From positions 209,777-273,776 of the forward strand of contig JAFGCJ010000002.1 of NCBI GenBank assembly GCA_016932785.1: DNA of 64,000 nt. Reading direction: 5' to 3'. Under the pieces are notes generated by a model. It did not search any database and was not told the DNA's origin. It saw only the letters and a list, made by a program, of their open reading frames with translations. Below, piece by piece: positions 48,650 through 57,529 of this stretch (its first letter is position 1; each line of letters starts with the position of its first letter). The DNA comes from Candidatus Dojkabacteria bacterium (GTDB taxonomy: Bacteria > Patescibacteriota > Dojkabacteria > SC72 > JAFGCJ01). The translations under genes were made by a program, and so were the position numbers.

Positions 48650-49156
48650 CTAGCAATAAGTAATAGTCTTTGTATCGGTAACCTTATCTATCCAAAGAAT
48701 ACCTTCCAAGTGATCATACTCGTGCTGGATATAAACAGCAAATTCACCCGAGAATATTTCCTTATGTGATATTTCCTTCCGATCTTGGTATTTAAGTTCA
48801 ATCTCTGAATACCTTTTTACCTCGCCTCCAATGCTGGGAGTACTGAGACAACTTTCAAAACCTGTGACAAGTTCATTAGTAGTGATTTCAATTTCTGGAT
48901 TTATATAAACATTGAAGCCGGGATTTGCAGAAGTTGCACCGGGCTTCATTATGAGAAAAACTCTCGTAGATTTATTAACCTGAGGAGCCGCAAGCCCTGC
49001 TGTTAAGTAACCAGCCTCAGGTTTTTGACAGGCAGTTTCAATCATATCATCAAGAAACTGCTGGAATTGCTTTGATTTAATGTCATCTGTGGGAACCGGT
49101 TGTGCTTTTTGCCGAAGTATTGGGTTTCCCATTAGAGCTATATCAAGTACTGCCAT
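48650..49156 (-). CDS. def: peptide deformylase
   Basis: GLAAPQV, ESCLS (the EGCLS position) and HEYDHLEG (HExxH). I chose the ATG at 49156 (MAVLDI...). Confidence 0.88.
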   Translation of the reverse strand: MAVLDIALMGNPILRQKAQPVPTDDIKSKQFQQFLDDMIETACQKPEAGYLTAGLAAPQVNKSTRVFLIMKPGATSANPGFNVYINPEIEITTNELVTGFESCLSTPSIGGEVKRYSEIELKYQDRKEISHKEIFSGEFAVYIQHEYDHLEGILWIDKVTDTKTITYC

Positions 49157-49228
49157 AGTAATGGAATGATAGCATAACAGAGGTTCATATTGAAATATAA
49201 GCACAACCATAACTAAAGTTGTTTTCAG

Positions 49229-49257
49229 TTGACACCATTCATACAGAAGAGTACAAT
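49229..49257 (+). promoter_or_regulatory. near-consensus sigma70-type promoter (TTGACA-17 nt-TACAAT)
   Basis: TTGACAccattcatacagaagagTACAAT. It is followed by the tandem GTTACAAA-tt-GTTACAAA at 49269-49286. Confidence 0.55.
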
Positions 49258-49689
49258 AATACTATAGGGTTACAAATTGTTACAAAACTGCTCTTTCAGA
49301 CGTTTAATATGCAGTAAAGGCCTCAGCAACAGGCTTTTATTGCCTATTTAACATTTTGTTAAAAGGCGGGGTATATTTGCATTTTTTTATAAAAAGCGCA
49401 GATTACCGTTCTTTAACATCCAAAGAGTTAGCTAGTTAAATCTATCCCCTGACAAAAAACAAATCCTATGGGTAAGCCTAAAAAGCCGCCGACCGCTAGG
49501 TCTGTGATTTTTTAGGCTTGCTCTTGGTTTGTTTCTGACTGTCATAGGTTCCTCCCCAGAAAAACTTATGTCCGGTAATGGACTGTTAATCATAGGAAGG
49601 AGGTGGAAACTGGGGGGTAGAAAGGAAGAATAACACCAGCGGGAACGAAGCAAGAGAAAGTCGAAAATACTCTAGAGAAAGGATATAAG

Positions 49690-50823
49690 ATGAACAAGAA
49701 AACGAGATTCTTTATTGCCCTAGCCTTAGGCTTGGGCCTGTTATTGGTTGTTTTGGTTCTCCCCGGAGGCCAAGATGTGACCGCTGCTCCGGCGGCCCCT
49801 GCCGCGGGAGGTGCTTCATATGTGTCCTCGTTCGTCTCTGGGACCCAATTCTGCGTTCGAACGATGGACCCGATAATCGGCGTTGGAGGATGGGCATCTG
49901 TTTCGCCATGGATCTCCAACTGGTTATTGCCGACAAATCCTTTCTCCCAGACATTCGATAGTCAAGGACAGACGTGCTGGGAGATCACCGATCCAGACAG
50001 CCATCCACATGATGGCCCCTGGTACGGCGCATTCTATCAGCTGGAGCACTGGCAGAAAATGCAAGGCTATAGCTACAGAATGCTGGAGGGAGGATCCGAA
50101 AGTCAACTATGGTTTGGGGAGGGAACGAGATCTAGTGATATCCCCCTCGGACCAAGATACGGAAGGATCCAGGTAAGCAATGGACTCGTTCAAATCACGG
50201 CAGTCCCAAGCACAACAGTGAACAACTCAAGCGGCACCTACATTTTCCGAGTATCAGAAGCCACAACGGCAGTGCTTGAAATGCCTCTAGATGTTGTTAT
50301 TGTCACAGGACCGTTCACCGGCAATCTAGAGAGTGTTATCCCCGAAAATGGAGAGTTGACCTTCAACAAATCCGGGGACTGGGTGGTTGGCCTGGTCGAG
50401 CAGCCGATTCGCGTAAGCTATACATCGGCAATTACCGAGGCAACACCCGGAGAGGTTGTAACTGTCACTGCCATAGTCGAGAACGTCGGGACAGAAACGT
50501 TGACCGATGTCGCAACACTGGAGGAATTCTGTCCAGAAATTCTGAAAGGCGGGCCTCACGGCATTGTATGTGTTCCGGACGCTAGCGGTCACTGCGATAC
50601 CACTTCGTGGAATCAGTACGTAGGAGACCTTACCTCAGGGGAATCAACTACATATACCCTACAGGTAACGCTCTACAGTGAGGCCGAACCAGGCCTGATT
50701 CATAATTCATGCAGTACGAAGGCAATCTGGAACGACATGCAGGATTACAAGTACATCATCGGCGACAGCATTCAGATTTTCGCTCTATGGCGTACTTACC
50801 TTCCCATCACACTAAACAACTAG
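49690..50823 (+). CDS. secreted protein, C-terminal DUF11/CARDB-like domain, compositionally foreign (GC-rich)
   Basis: Signal peptide FFIALALGLGLLLVVLVL. ATPGEVVTVTAIVENVGTETLTDV resembles DUF11/CARDB repeats. Two sample 60-mers counted 60% and 53% GC, against about 33% in neighbouring core genes. Confidence 0.7.
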   Translation: MNKKTRFFIALALGLGLLLVVLVLPGGQDVTAAPAAPAAGGASYVSSFVSGTQFCVRTMDPIIGVGGWASVSPWISNWLLPTNPFSQTFDSQGQTCWEITDPDSHPHDGPWYGAFYQLEHWQKMQGYSYRMLEGGSESQLWFGEGTRSSDIPLGPRYGRIQVSNGLVQITAVPSTTVNNSSGTYIFRVSEATTAVLEMPLDVVIVTGPFTGNLESVIPENGELTFNKSGDWVVGLVEQPIRVSYTSAITEATPGEVVTVTAIVENVGTETLTDVATLEEFCPEILKGGPHGIVCVPDASGHCDTTSWNQYVGDLTSGESTTYTLQVTLYSEAEPGLIHNSCSTKAIWNDMQDYKYIIGDSIQIFALWRTYLPITLNN

Positions 50824-50840
50824 CAACTAAACTCTTTGGA

Positions 50841-50880
50841 TTGGCGGGCCCAGTGGCTCAAAAAACACCGGGTCCGCCAA
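50841..50880. terminator. 11-bp GC-rich hairpin between convergent genes
   Basis: TTGGCGGGCCC-18 nt-GGGTCCGCCAA with one G-U pair. There is no clean U-tract, so function as a terminator is inferred from position only. Confidence 0.4.
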
Positions 50881-50919
50881 CCAATTACATCTTCTCAATT
50901 AAAACTCATCACAAACAAC

Positions 50920-51450
50920 CTAATCAGCCGGCACATCCCGATATTTCTTAATAATACTCTCAACAATCGCACTCGTAGATGGATACTGAGGAGTATCAAT
51001 AGAAATCAGACTTGCGCCAATTTCAATAGCCTCCTCTTTAACCTCATCGACAAAATTAAAACCCCGGCCAATAGTTATAAGATCGACCCCGAGATCCACA
51101 TACAATTTTCTATACTCACTTGCACTAAAACCCGTATCATTAAGAAAAACCGCATCAACACCTTTCACCTCACTAATTATCTCCATCCTTTCCTTCTCAC
51201 CATTTATTGGCCTTTTATAGGATTTATATTTTGCAACATTTTCATCTGAATCAATACCTACTATGAAATAGTCACACATGCGTGCCGACTCCTGAAGAAG
51301 ACACAGATGAGAGATATGGAAAAGGTCGAAAGCTCCGTGTGTAAGCCCTACTTGAACACCCTGACGTCTGAGATCCCGCGCAACCTGAAACAAAGTCTCT
51401 TTTGAAAAGATATTCTTGTGAGATACTGACGGCCTACGGTAAAGTTTCAT
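50920..51450 (-). CDS. cytidylyl/adenylyltransferase-family (HIGH-type nucleotidyltransferase) protein
   Basis: THGAFDLFHISH matches the GxFDxxHxGH-type motif of the TagD/RfaE-II family. Confidence 0.65.
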   Translation of the reverse strand: MKLYRRPSVSHKNIFSKETLFQVARDLRRQGVQVGLTHGAFDLFHISHLCLLQESARMCDYFIVGIDSDENVAKYKSYKRPINGEKERMEIISEVKGVDAVFLNDTGFSASEYRKLYVDLGVDLITIGRGFNFVDEVKEEAIEIGASLISIDTPQYPSTSAIVESIIKKYRDVPAD

Positions 51451-51649
51451 ACTAGCGGATATTATACTGAGAACTAAAGCGGATGAGAAGGCTTATTTTT
51501 ACCAAAAGATGATTCAAGTTGCATGGGCATTATATGTATGCGTAACTTTAGGCTTCTTTGAAATTAATTGTGTATAATTATTGCAAACATATATAGATAC
51601 GTGTAAAGTATCTTTGTTGTTTTTGAAAATTAGGCTGGATTTTGATCGT

Positions 51650-51727
51650 GGTGGATGTAGCTCAATTGGTTAGAGCGCCTGTTTGTGGCACAGGAGGTTG
51701 AGGGTTCGAGTCCCTTCTTCCACCCCA
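51650..51727 (+). tRNA. tRNA-His (anticodon GTG), second divergent copy, with G-1, C73 and CCA encoded
   Basis: Manual fold: G-1 then GTGGATG/CTTCCAC acceptor (a U6-U67 mismatch), anticodon arm CCTGT-TTGTGGC-ACAGG, T arm GAGGG-TTCGAGT-CCCTT. Confidence 0.8.
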
Positions 51728-53191
51728 GTTTTCATTTTCGATAGCAGATTCCACAGAAACCATATGAGACCAAGGTTCTTTGAAGTTCCAACCAACTTCT
51801 TTATCGTCTAGCGTTAAACCTTCGCTTATAGACATCACTATTTTCCTCTTCTCTTCAAGAGTGCCGTTACTAAAGACTTCCTGTAGACCGAAGCATTGTT
51901 CGTAAAAAAGTTCCAACGACTCACGCACATCGTCTCTGTTGTACTTCACATCACCTCTGAGTTCTTCGAGTTCACTGACTCTCTTGTTTAATATTTCTTT
52001 CTGGTCCAGATACTCATCTTTTGTCAGCTCGCCCTCAATTCTCATACTCAGAATTTTGTCTAGTTTTTGTAGGGTATCAGATAGTTGATTTTCTATCTCC
52101 TCACGCCGATCACATTCCTGTGAAAAATCGACCTCAAGCTGTTTTCTAGTCTTTTCCTTTAGAATCTCCAGATACTTTTTTGAAAGTGAAATCTTAGAAA
52201 TATGCCCAACAAACTGATCTTCCAAATCTTCTGCTCTAATTGGTTTGTTGTCACACTTACCTCTTCGCTTCGTGCAACAGTAATATGTATAGGGCTTGTC
52301 GTTCTTATATTTTGTATATGCAGTTATTGCACAACCACACCTTGGACACTTCATTATTCCTTTGAAAGGATGGTAATGCCTGCTTTGATATGGCTTAGAG
52401 TCGTCGTCCAGGACTTCTTGTAATTCAAGCCACTTCTGTTTTGTAATTAGCGGCTCCCATTTACCTTTATCGCTTTCATCATTTACATCTTCAAAATAGC
52501 CACAGTATGACGGTTTTCGTAGGAGTCTATGTAATTCTGATTTAACGAAATGCTTCCCTCGGCGGGTCTTTACGTCCCATTCATACAACAGATTTACAGC
52601 TTGAACAAGGTTTAATCTATTCGAAATAATCTCATCAACAAGACGGACATAGAACTTAGAGGTTTTGGGATTTGGAGCTATGTTCTTCTTCCCTTTCTCT
52701 GTTCCCATATTTATGTAAAACGCTGGAGCATAAGAGCACCATTCCCCTCGTTTTCTCTTCTCTCTGAGTCCCCTTTTGGTATTAATACTAAGCTCTCTTG
52801 AGTATTGAGCATTTGAACCAAATTCGACTCCTAAAAGGATATCGTTGGCGTTCTCGTTGGTAATGCTTCTATATCGGGTACGAATTTCAAGAAGTTTCCC
52901 GTCAGTTAGCAACTGCATAATAATGCCTGACTCTTGCGGATTGCGGCTTAGACGGTTTGTATGCCAGATTAGAACCCTTTTACAATGCCCCTTCTTGATA
53001 TTCTCGATCAATTCATTGAAACCATCACGTTGTCCTGGCTTTCTAGCAGACTTCGATTCCTTGATGATTCTGGCTATTTTGAGGCTGTTCTCAGCGGCAT
53101 ATTCCTTTAACTCCCTCTCCTGAGCCGGTAAGGACAGTGCCTGCTTCTCTGAACTTTCACTAGATTTTCGACAATAACAAAAATACTCCAT
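51662..53191 (-). CDS. large serine recombinase (integrase-type)
   Basis: N-terminal resolvase block YCRKSSESSEKQALSLPAQ and VLIWHTNRLSRN. There is also a recombinase domain, a zinc ribbon CPRCG...CCTKRRGKC and a coiled coil. The last ~22 codons are antisense to tRNA-His. Confidence 0.9.
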   Translation of the reverse strand: MEYFCYCRKSSESSEKQALSLPAQERELKEYAAENSLKIARIIKESKSARKPGQRDGFNELIENIKKGHCKRVLIWHTNRLSRNPQESGIIMQLLTDGKLLEIRTRYRSITNENANDILLGVEFGSNAQYSRELSINTKRGLREKRKRGEWCSYAPAFYINMGTEKGKKNIAPNPKTSKFYVRLVDEIISNRLNLVQAVNLLYEWDVKTRRGKHFVKSELHRLLRKPSYCGYFEDVNDESDKGKWEPLITKQKWLELQEVLDDDSKPYQSRHYHPFKGIMKCPRCGCAITAYTKYKNDKPYTYYCCTKRRGKCDNKPIRAEDLEDQFVGHISKISLSKKYLEILKEKTRKQLEVDFSQECDRREEIENQLSDTLQKLDKILSMRIEGELTKDEYLDQKEILNKRVSELEELRGDVKYNRDDVRESLELFYEQCFGLQEVFSNGTLEEKRKIVMSISEGLTLDDKEVGWNFKEPWSHMVSVESAIENENWGGRRDSNPQPPVPQTGALTN

Positions 53192-53288
53192 TACAATACT
53201 ATTTATATATATTCATTATATAATATTCCCATATAATATCCAGTATATATTGCCAATATATTTTCCATATAAGAATATCAATATTATG

Positions 53289-53675
53289 TTACTTATCACT
53301 CTTGTCATGCTCATCTCCGAGAACTTCCTCTAAAGTGATCTCTTTCTCTTCTTCAGATACAATTCCTCTCTCTATGTCGCCAGTAAGGGATTCGTTGTAC
53401 TTCTTCACTTCTTTCAGATATGCGTTTTTCACTGAATTTTCGTAATTTCGCCATTCGTCTTTGTCTTCGATCCTGACGATATTCAGATACTTACTTCCGC
53501 AACGAACGGACGGAGGTACAACTCTAAGGGAATCTTCAGATAATGAAGACCTCATAACACGAAAACCAATAATGATAAGTCCTGAATATCTCAACTCTAC
53601 CTGAGCTAACATATCACCTTTTTGATTCAGAATTATCTTGATTTTAGCCTTTTTAATATCAAACTTTTCTTCCAT
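53289..53675 (-). CDS. SpoVG-like small nucleic-acid-binding protein (tentative)
   Basis: The pattern AQVELRYSGLIIIGFRVMRSS...LRVVPPS resembles the SpoVG core. This is from memory of the family pattern only. Confidence 0.35.
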   Translation of the reverse strand: MEEKFDIKKAKIKIILNQKGDMLAQVELRYSGLIIIGFRVMRSSLSEDSLRVVPPSVRCGSKYLNIVRIEDKDEWRNYENSVKNAYLKEVKKYNESLTGDIERGIVSEEEKEITLEEVLGDEHDKSDK

Positions 53676-53759
53676 TATTATTTGAACTTAACTAAATTAG
53701 GTATAATACAAACGAGAGATATTGTTTCGACAATATCACTCCATTACAGAGGCGGTCCT

Positions 53760-53915
53760 CTACATCTTCGCCGGTGCTGAGGCCGCCTTGTTATTATGCA
53801 TATCATTTCCTTTCACTGCTAAATTTAGATACAAGCCCCGCTTTATTTGGTTACAAATTATTTTTGCTATGGTTTCAATGTCTTCGATTTGTTCAGGAGT
53901 GAGGTCATATTCCAT
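53760..53915 (-). CDS. unlisted 51-codon ORF MEYDLTPEQIEDIETIAKIICNQIKRGLYLNLAVKGNDMHNNKAASAPAKM
   Basis: I found it by manual translation. Its ATG overlaps the stop of the upstream ORF (ATGGAATATGA). It is below the track length cut-off. Confidence 0.35.
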   Translation of the reverse strand: MEYDLTPEQIEDIETIAKIICNQIKRGLYLNLAVKGNDMHNNKAASAPAKM

Positions 53916-54204
53916 CAATAAACTCCTTCCATTCTGGCGGTATATAGGCTGTCTTTCTTGGGATATCTTTATAGAAGCCGGAAATACGAATACCCCTCAT
54001 GACCTGATTCCTATTCCAGGTGTATCGAGGAGTTCTGTGATAGCCGTAATGAAGAATAAAGTAGAGAAGTGCGTAGTCGCCTATCAGAGATATGCGTTTT
54101 TCTTTTCTGAGGGCTTTAAAAACTCCAGAGAATGAACGGTTGGGGTTGGATGAAAGAAGTCGCTCAAGTACATCCTGAAGACTTGTAGCCGTTTGGTATT
54201 GCAC
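53905..54204 (-). CDS. hypothetical protein (99 aa)
   Basis: Co-oriented with the element block. The overlapping plus-strand ORF 53722-54135 looks like low-quality sequence. Confidence 0.45.
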   Translation of the reverse strand: MQYQTATSLQDVLERLLSSNPNRSFSGVFKALRKEKRISLIGDYALLYFILHYGYHRTPRYTWNRNQVMRGIRISGFYKDIPRKTAYIPPEWKEFIDGI

Positions 54205-54306
54205 TGATGTTCAACCTAATCTTAGATATAAACATCTAAATACCACGAATGAAAATGAAAACTACTAAATAACTTCTTAAAAAGTTCTTAGAAAAATCTC
54301 GACTGA

Positions 54307-55398
54307 CTATTCTTCTGCTGGAATATACTCTAACTTATAGCCCTTTTTTGTATGAATATACCTATCAAACTCTTTTTCACCCATTCCCGCCTGTCGACAG
54401 AAGGTTTTTAGCCCATACTTCACCCCATATAGGTCTTGATAAATATATATATTGTCTTTCTTACCTTTAGAAGTACACACCTTGGATTTCTTAAGCTTAT
54501 CAATAATAAAGTCACCAATCTCACCGTAATCTTTATATTCACCCCTATTTTGGAATAGATAAAGAAGAAAAAAGTAGCATCTTGACTGATTACCAATGTC
54601 AATCTCTTTACCATTTTGGAATTTTATAATTGCTCTGCCTGGATAAAACGAGAGTTCTTTTTCGACAAGGACCTTCTTGACTTCCTTAGCTACAAGATCG
54701 CTTTGTGCAGCTTTTATTCTATCCCAGTTGATTCTCATAACATATACCGTATCAATTGTTCGAGTCGGTATAGGTAGAACTTTCCCACCAAGAAACTTAC
54801 CATATCTCGAGGCAAACCTATTTGGAAGCCTAGAAAGAAAGGAAAAGTGGTCATTACGGTACACATATACAATACCTGTTGACGACAGAAGCTTTTTAGG
54901 CGACAGGTCATCTCTAGTAAAAGGAGGCAGAGGCCTTAGTACTTCCCTCGTATAAAGAAAACCTAGGGTATGAGCCCTTTTATAGTGTATTAACCGAAGG
55001 CTAACATAACCAAATTGACTATCATATGATTGAGATCCCCTGTTGGGAAATTGATCCTCCTTCCTCGGACAATAGAATGATTTTGTATAGACATTCAGTA
55101 ATGTGTTATTTGGTGGTAAAGTATCACTTTTAGGAAAATTACCAGAAAAAATAAGCGCAGGGAAAATCCTGCTCTTCTCAGAATCCTCAGTAAACTCGGA
55201 ACGTATCAGATCAATAATCTTATTGGCCTCTTCAATACATGCATCCGGATACCTTGAATCAGTCATAAAATCAAAAATTCCTACGCTCACGGCTACGAAA
55301 GCGTAGGAATCTATAGCCGTGAATTTATTTAAATTACACAAATTATACGTTTTCAACGTTTTTTCATAAAGGGGAAGAATATTCGCAGGATTAAACAA
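54307..55398 (-). CDS. hypothetical protein (363 aa)
   Basis: Long ORF with no recognised motif. Confidence 0.6.
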   Translation of the reverse strand: MFNPANILPLYEKTLKTYNLCNLNKFTAIDSYAFVAVSVGIFDFMTDSRYPDACIEEANKIIDLIRSEFTEDSEKSRIFPALIFSGNFPKSDTLPPNNTLLNVYTKSFYCPRKEDQFPNRGSQSYDSQFGYVSLRLIHYKRAHTLGFLYTREVLRPLPPFTRDDLSPKKLLSSTGIVYVYRNDHFSFLSRLPNRFASRYGKFLGGKVLPIPTRTIDTVYVMRINWDRIKAAQSDLVAKEVKKVLVEKELSFYPGRAIIKFQNGKEIDIGNQSRCYFFLLYLFQNRGEYKDYGEIGDFIIDKLKKSKVCTSKGKKDNIYIYQDLYGVKYGLKTFCRQAGMGEKEFDRYIHTKKGYKLEYIPAEE

Positions 55399-55404
55399 TT
55401 GAAA

Positions 55405-56019
55405 CTATTTTAGAAACATCCTATACAAATCTGATTTACTTACACCAGCGATCATTTTCTCTAGCTCTAATAACTTCTGAAACTTCTTCGTAAATTCACC
55501 GTTATATAACGTCCTTTTAATCTCTCCTTTCAATTTATCACGTTTCTCATACAAGTCTAGCATCTTCTTAAAATACCCGAAGGAACCATTATAGCTAATT
55601 CTCTGACTCTTATAGTTAAGATCCATACACTTCCTACAACCAAAATAATGGCTATTTGGTGCCATATATAAGGTCGAAACTCTGTTTCCACAATAATCCC
55701 CATCCTTCACCAGTCCACACTCTATCCAATATCTATGTCCACCAAAACTACACGGTGTAGTTACTATCGGAAAAGAATAATCATAGTCCTTTTTCTCACC
55801 AGTACTATGATCAGTAACAGTATAAACAAACCTTATTGATTTTGCATAATTGAAAACATCCACATGAATACTCACTCTAGCCGTTTCTTCTTCGTACAGC
55901 TTCCAAATAACTGTATCCCATTTGGACCCCTTAAAGAATCCGAGTCTTTTTAAATCCGACACACTGATTTTCCGAGAATCTTCTACTGTATACCTATCAG
56001 AATAGGAATATCTGCTCAT
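55405..56019 (-). CDS. hypothetical zinc-ribbon protein (204 aa)
   Basis: CSFGGHRYWIEC...YCGNRVSTLY...FGCRKCMDLNYKSQR is a Cys-pair zinc-ribbon pattern. Confidence 0.6.
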   Translation of the reverse strand: MSRYSYSDRYTVEDSRKISVSDLKRLGFFKGSKWDTVIWKLYEEETARVSIHVDVFNYAKSIRFVYTVTDHSTGEKKDYDYSFPIVTTPCSFGGHRYWIECGLVKDGDYCGNRVSTLYMAPNSHYFGCRKCMDLNYKSQRISYNGSFGYFKKMLDLYEKRDKLKGEIKRTLYNGEFTKKFQKLLELEKMIAGVSKSDLYRMFLK

Positions 56020-56064
56020 TTTGTAAGAAATAAAATAACCGAAATCATTAAGGATTATACAACT

Positions 56065-56370
56065 TCACGATGACATTCTCTTGTCTGCAAAAGCTGAAAC
56101 CAAAATACACACAATAAAAAAAATTGGGACAAGCATTGCAAGGACAAACAACATCCAATTAGGAAGGTCAGGAAAAACAAGACCACTCAATTTTTCTAGT
56201 ATTGGGTTTAAATAACTGAAGAGCACATCAGGAATAACTATTAGACTAATGAAAAGAGTAAGCAAAACCCCAAATATGAGATTAATCTTGCCATATTCAG
56301 ACCTTAGTTCGGTTTGAATGATACTCTTCAAAAGGCTCCAGAACTCTTTCATGTCTAGATTTATACACAT
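56065..56370 (-). CDS. small membrane protein (about 2-3 TM segments)
   Basis: Hydrophobic helices. It shares a 1-nt start/stop junction with the upstream ORF. Confidence 0.5.
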   Translation of the reverse strand: MCINLDMKEFWSLLKSIIQTELRSEYGKINLIFGVLLTLFISLIVIPDVLFSYLNPILEKLSGLVFPDLPNWMLFVLAMLVPIFFIVCILVSAFADKRMSS

Positions 56371-56759
56371 TAATCAAATCTTGAATATTTCGAATAATCT
56401 TCATATGTATCAGTTCTAGATTTGCAGATTTCAAAACCCGCAACTATCATGGTTAATAGCATTCCAATGCCAAATAATATAAAACCAATATTCAAAAATG
56501 GATGAAGAATATAATTTGATCTACTGAAGAAAAGTATAGCATCACAAACACCCCAAAAAGAAAGAAGAGTCGAAAACGTAAAAACCAGAGGTTGAAGACC
56601 AAAGGCTTCGGCAAGAACACCTCCCAAAGTAACTGCTTTATCGATCAAGACCATACCTACTACTATTTCTTCTTTAGTAAGATATCGACAAAAGCCTTGT
56701 TTTGACCCAACAAATGTTCCATCATATTTGCAAGCAGAAAGAGATACCAATCCAGACAT
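56370..56759 (-). CDS. small membrane protein (about 3-4 TM segments)
   Basis: Hydrophobic helices. Tightly coupled to 56065-56370. Confidence 0.5.
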   Translation of the reverse strand: MSGLVSLSACKYDGTFVGSKQGFCRYLTKEEIVVGMVLIDKAVTLGGVLAEAFGLQPLVFTFSTLLSFWGVCDAILFFSRSNYILHPFLNIGFILFGIGMLLTMIVAGFEICKSRTDTYEDYSKYSRFD

Positions 56760-56772
56760 GACAAACTAAGAA

Positions 56773-57468
56773 TTAAATTAAAGAGAATGACTCCTCAGCC
56801 AGTTTTTGACTTACATCAACTGCCTCATCCAAAAAAGAACTCATTAGATCCTTTGTATATTTCAATTGATCATTTTCTTGATAGTAGTCGTGCAGAAGAA
56901 AAAAGAATCTATCGGGCAATAATCGAGAATCAAACGGTGTAGGAGGTAAAAACATCTCTGCAAGTTGCTTCTTTTCCATTGGACCTAGAATATAATGTGC
57001 CTTTCTGTCACCGTCATTAAACGAAAAATCTACAGCAACATCGGTTGACTTATTAGTAATACTATTGTCTTTATAAAAAGCCTTCCTCACTGCTGATACC
57101 ATCTCCGACATTGTTTTCTCCACAGGCCATATCCAGATTAGTTTTACACCAAAACGATTTATTGTCTCCCACCCGACTCTGTCAAAGGCTTTTTTATAGA
57201 AATTTTCACAGATAGTCTTTGCAGAAATTGTGTTCTTCGGCTGGTTAACCTCAAGCGCAACCTTCTTTGGACTTATATATCTTAATAAAAAATTCTTTCT
57301 CTGAACATACGTAAATGCCTTCTGTTCATCATTGGAGGTAATCTTAGCTCCGAAAACAGACTCTGCATCTACATGATCTACAGACTTTTCTTCAAGATCG
57401 ACTGCCGAAACGAATTTTATCAATCGCATCATAGCTCCCAGAAACAAACTTATATGGACATTGTACAT
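56773..57468 (-). CDS. hypothetical protein (231 aa)
   Basis: Long ORF with no recognised motif. Confidence 0.55.
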   Translation of the reverse strand: MYNVHISLFLGAMMRLIKFVSAVDLEEKSVDHVDAESVFGAKITSNDEQKAFTYVQRKNFLLRYISPKKVALEVNQPKNTISAKTICENFYKKAFDRVGWETINRFGVKLIWIWPVEKTMSEMVSAVRKAFYKDNSITNKSTDVAVDFSFNDGDRKAHYILGPMEKKQLAEMFLPPTPFDSRLLPDRFFFLLHDYYQENDQLKYTKDLMSSFLDEAVDVSQKLAEESFSLI

Positions 57469-57529
57469 TAAATATCATTAGCAAGTTAAGACCTTGACTG
57501 ATAAATGTGTATTAAAATTTGGATCCCTT

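Noticed and set aside
49432-50592. Multiple 60-110-aa ORFs on both strands (49432-49653, 49590-49919, 49712-49954, 49883-50176, 50326-50592 and others)
   Set aside because: They lie in or next to the GC-rich gene. High GC suppresses stop codons in off-frames, and only 49690-50823 has a signal peptide and domain-like sequence.
53722-54135. Plus-strand 137-aa ORF
   Set aside because: It opposes the uniformly minus-strand operon. It overlaps the 99-aa and 51-aa minus-strand ORFs, which show translational coupling, and its sequence looks non-protein-like.
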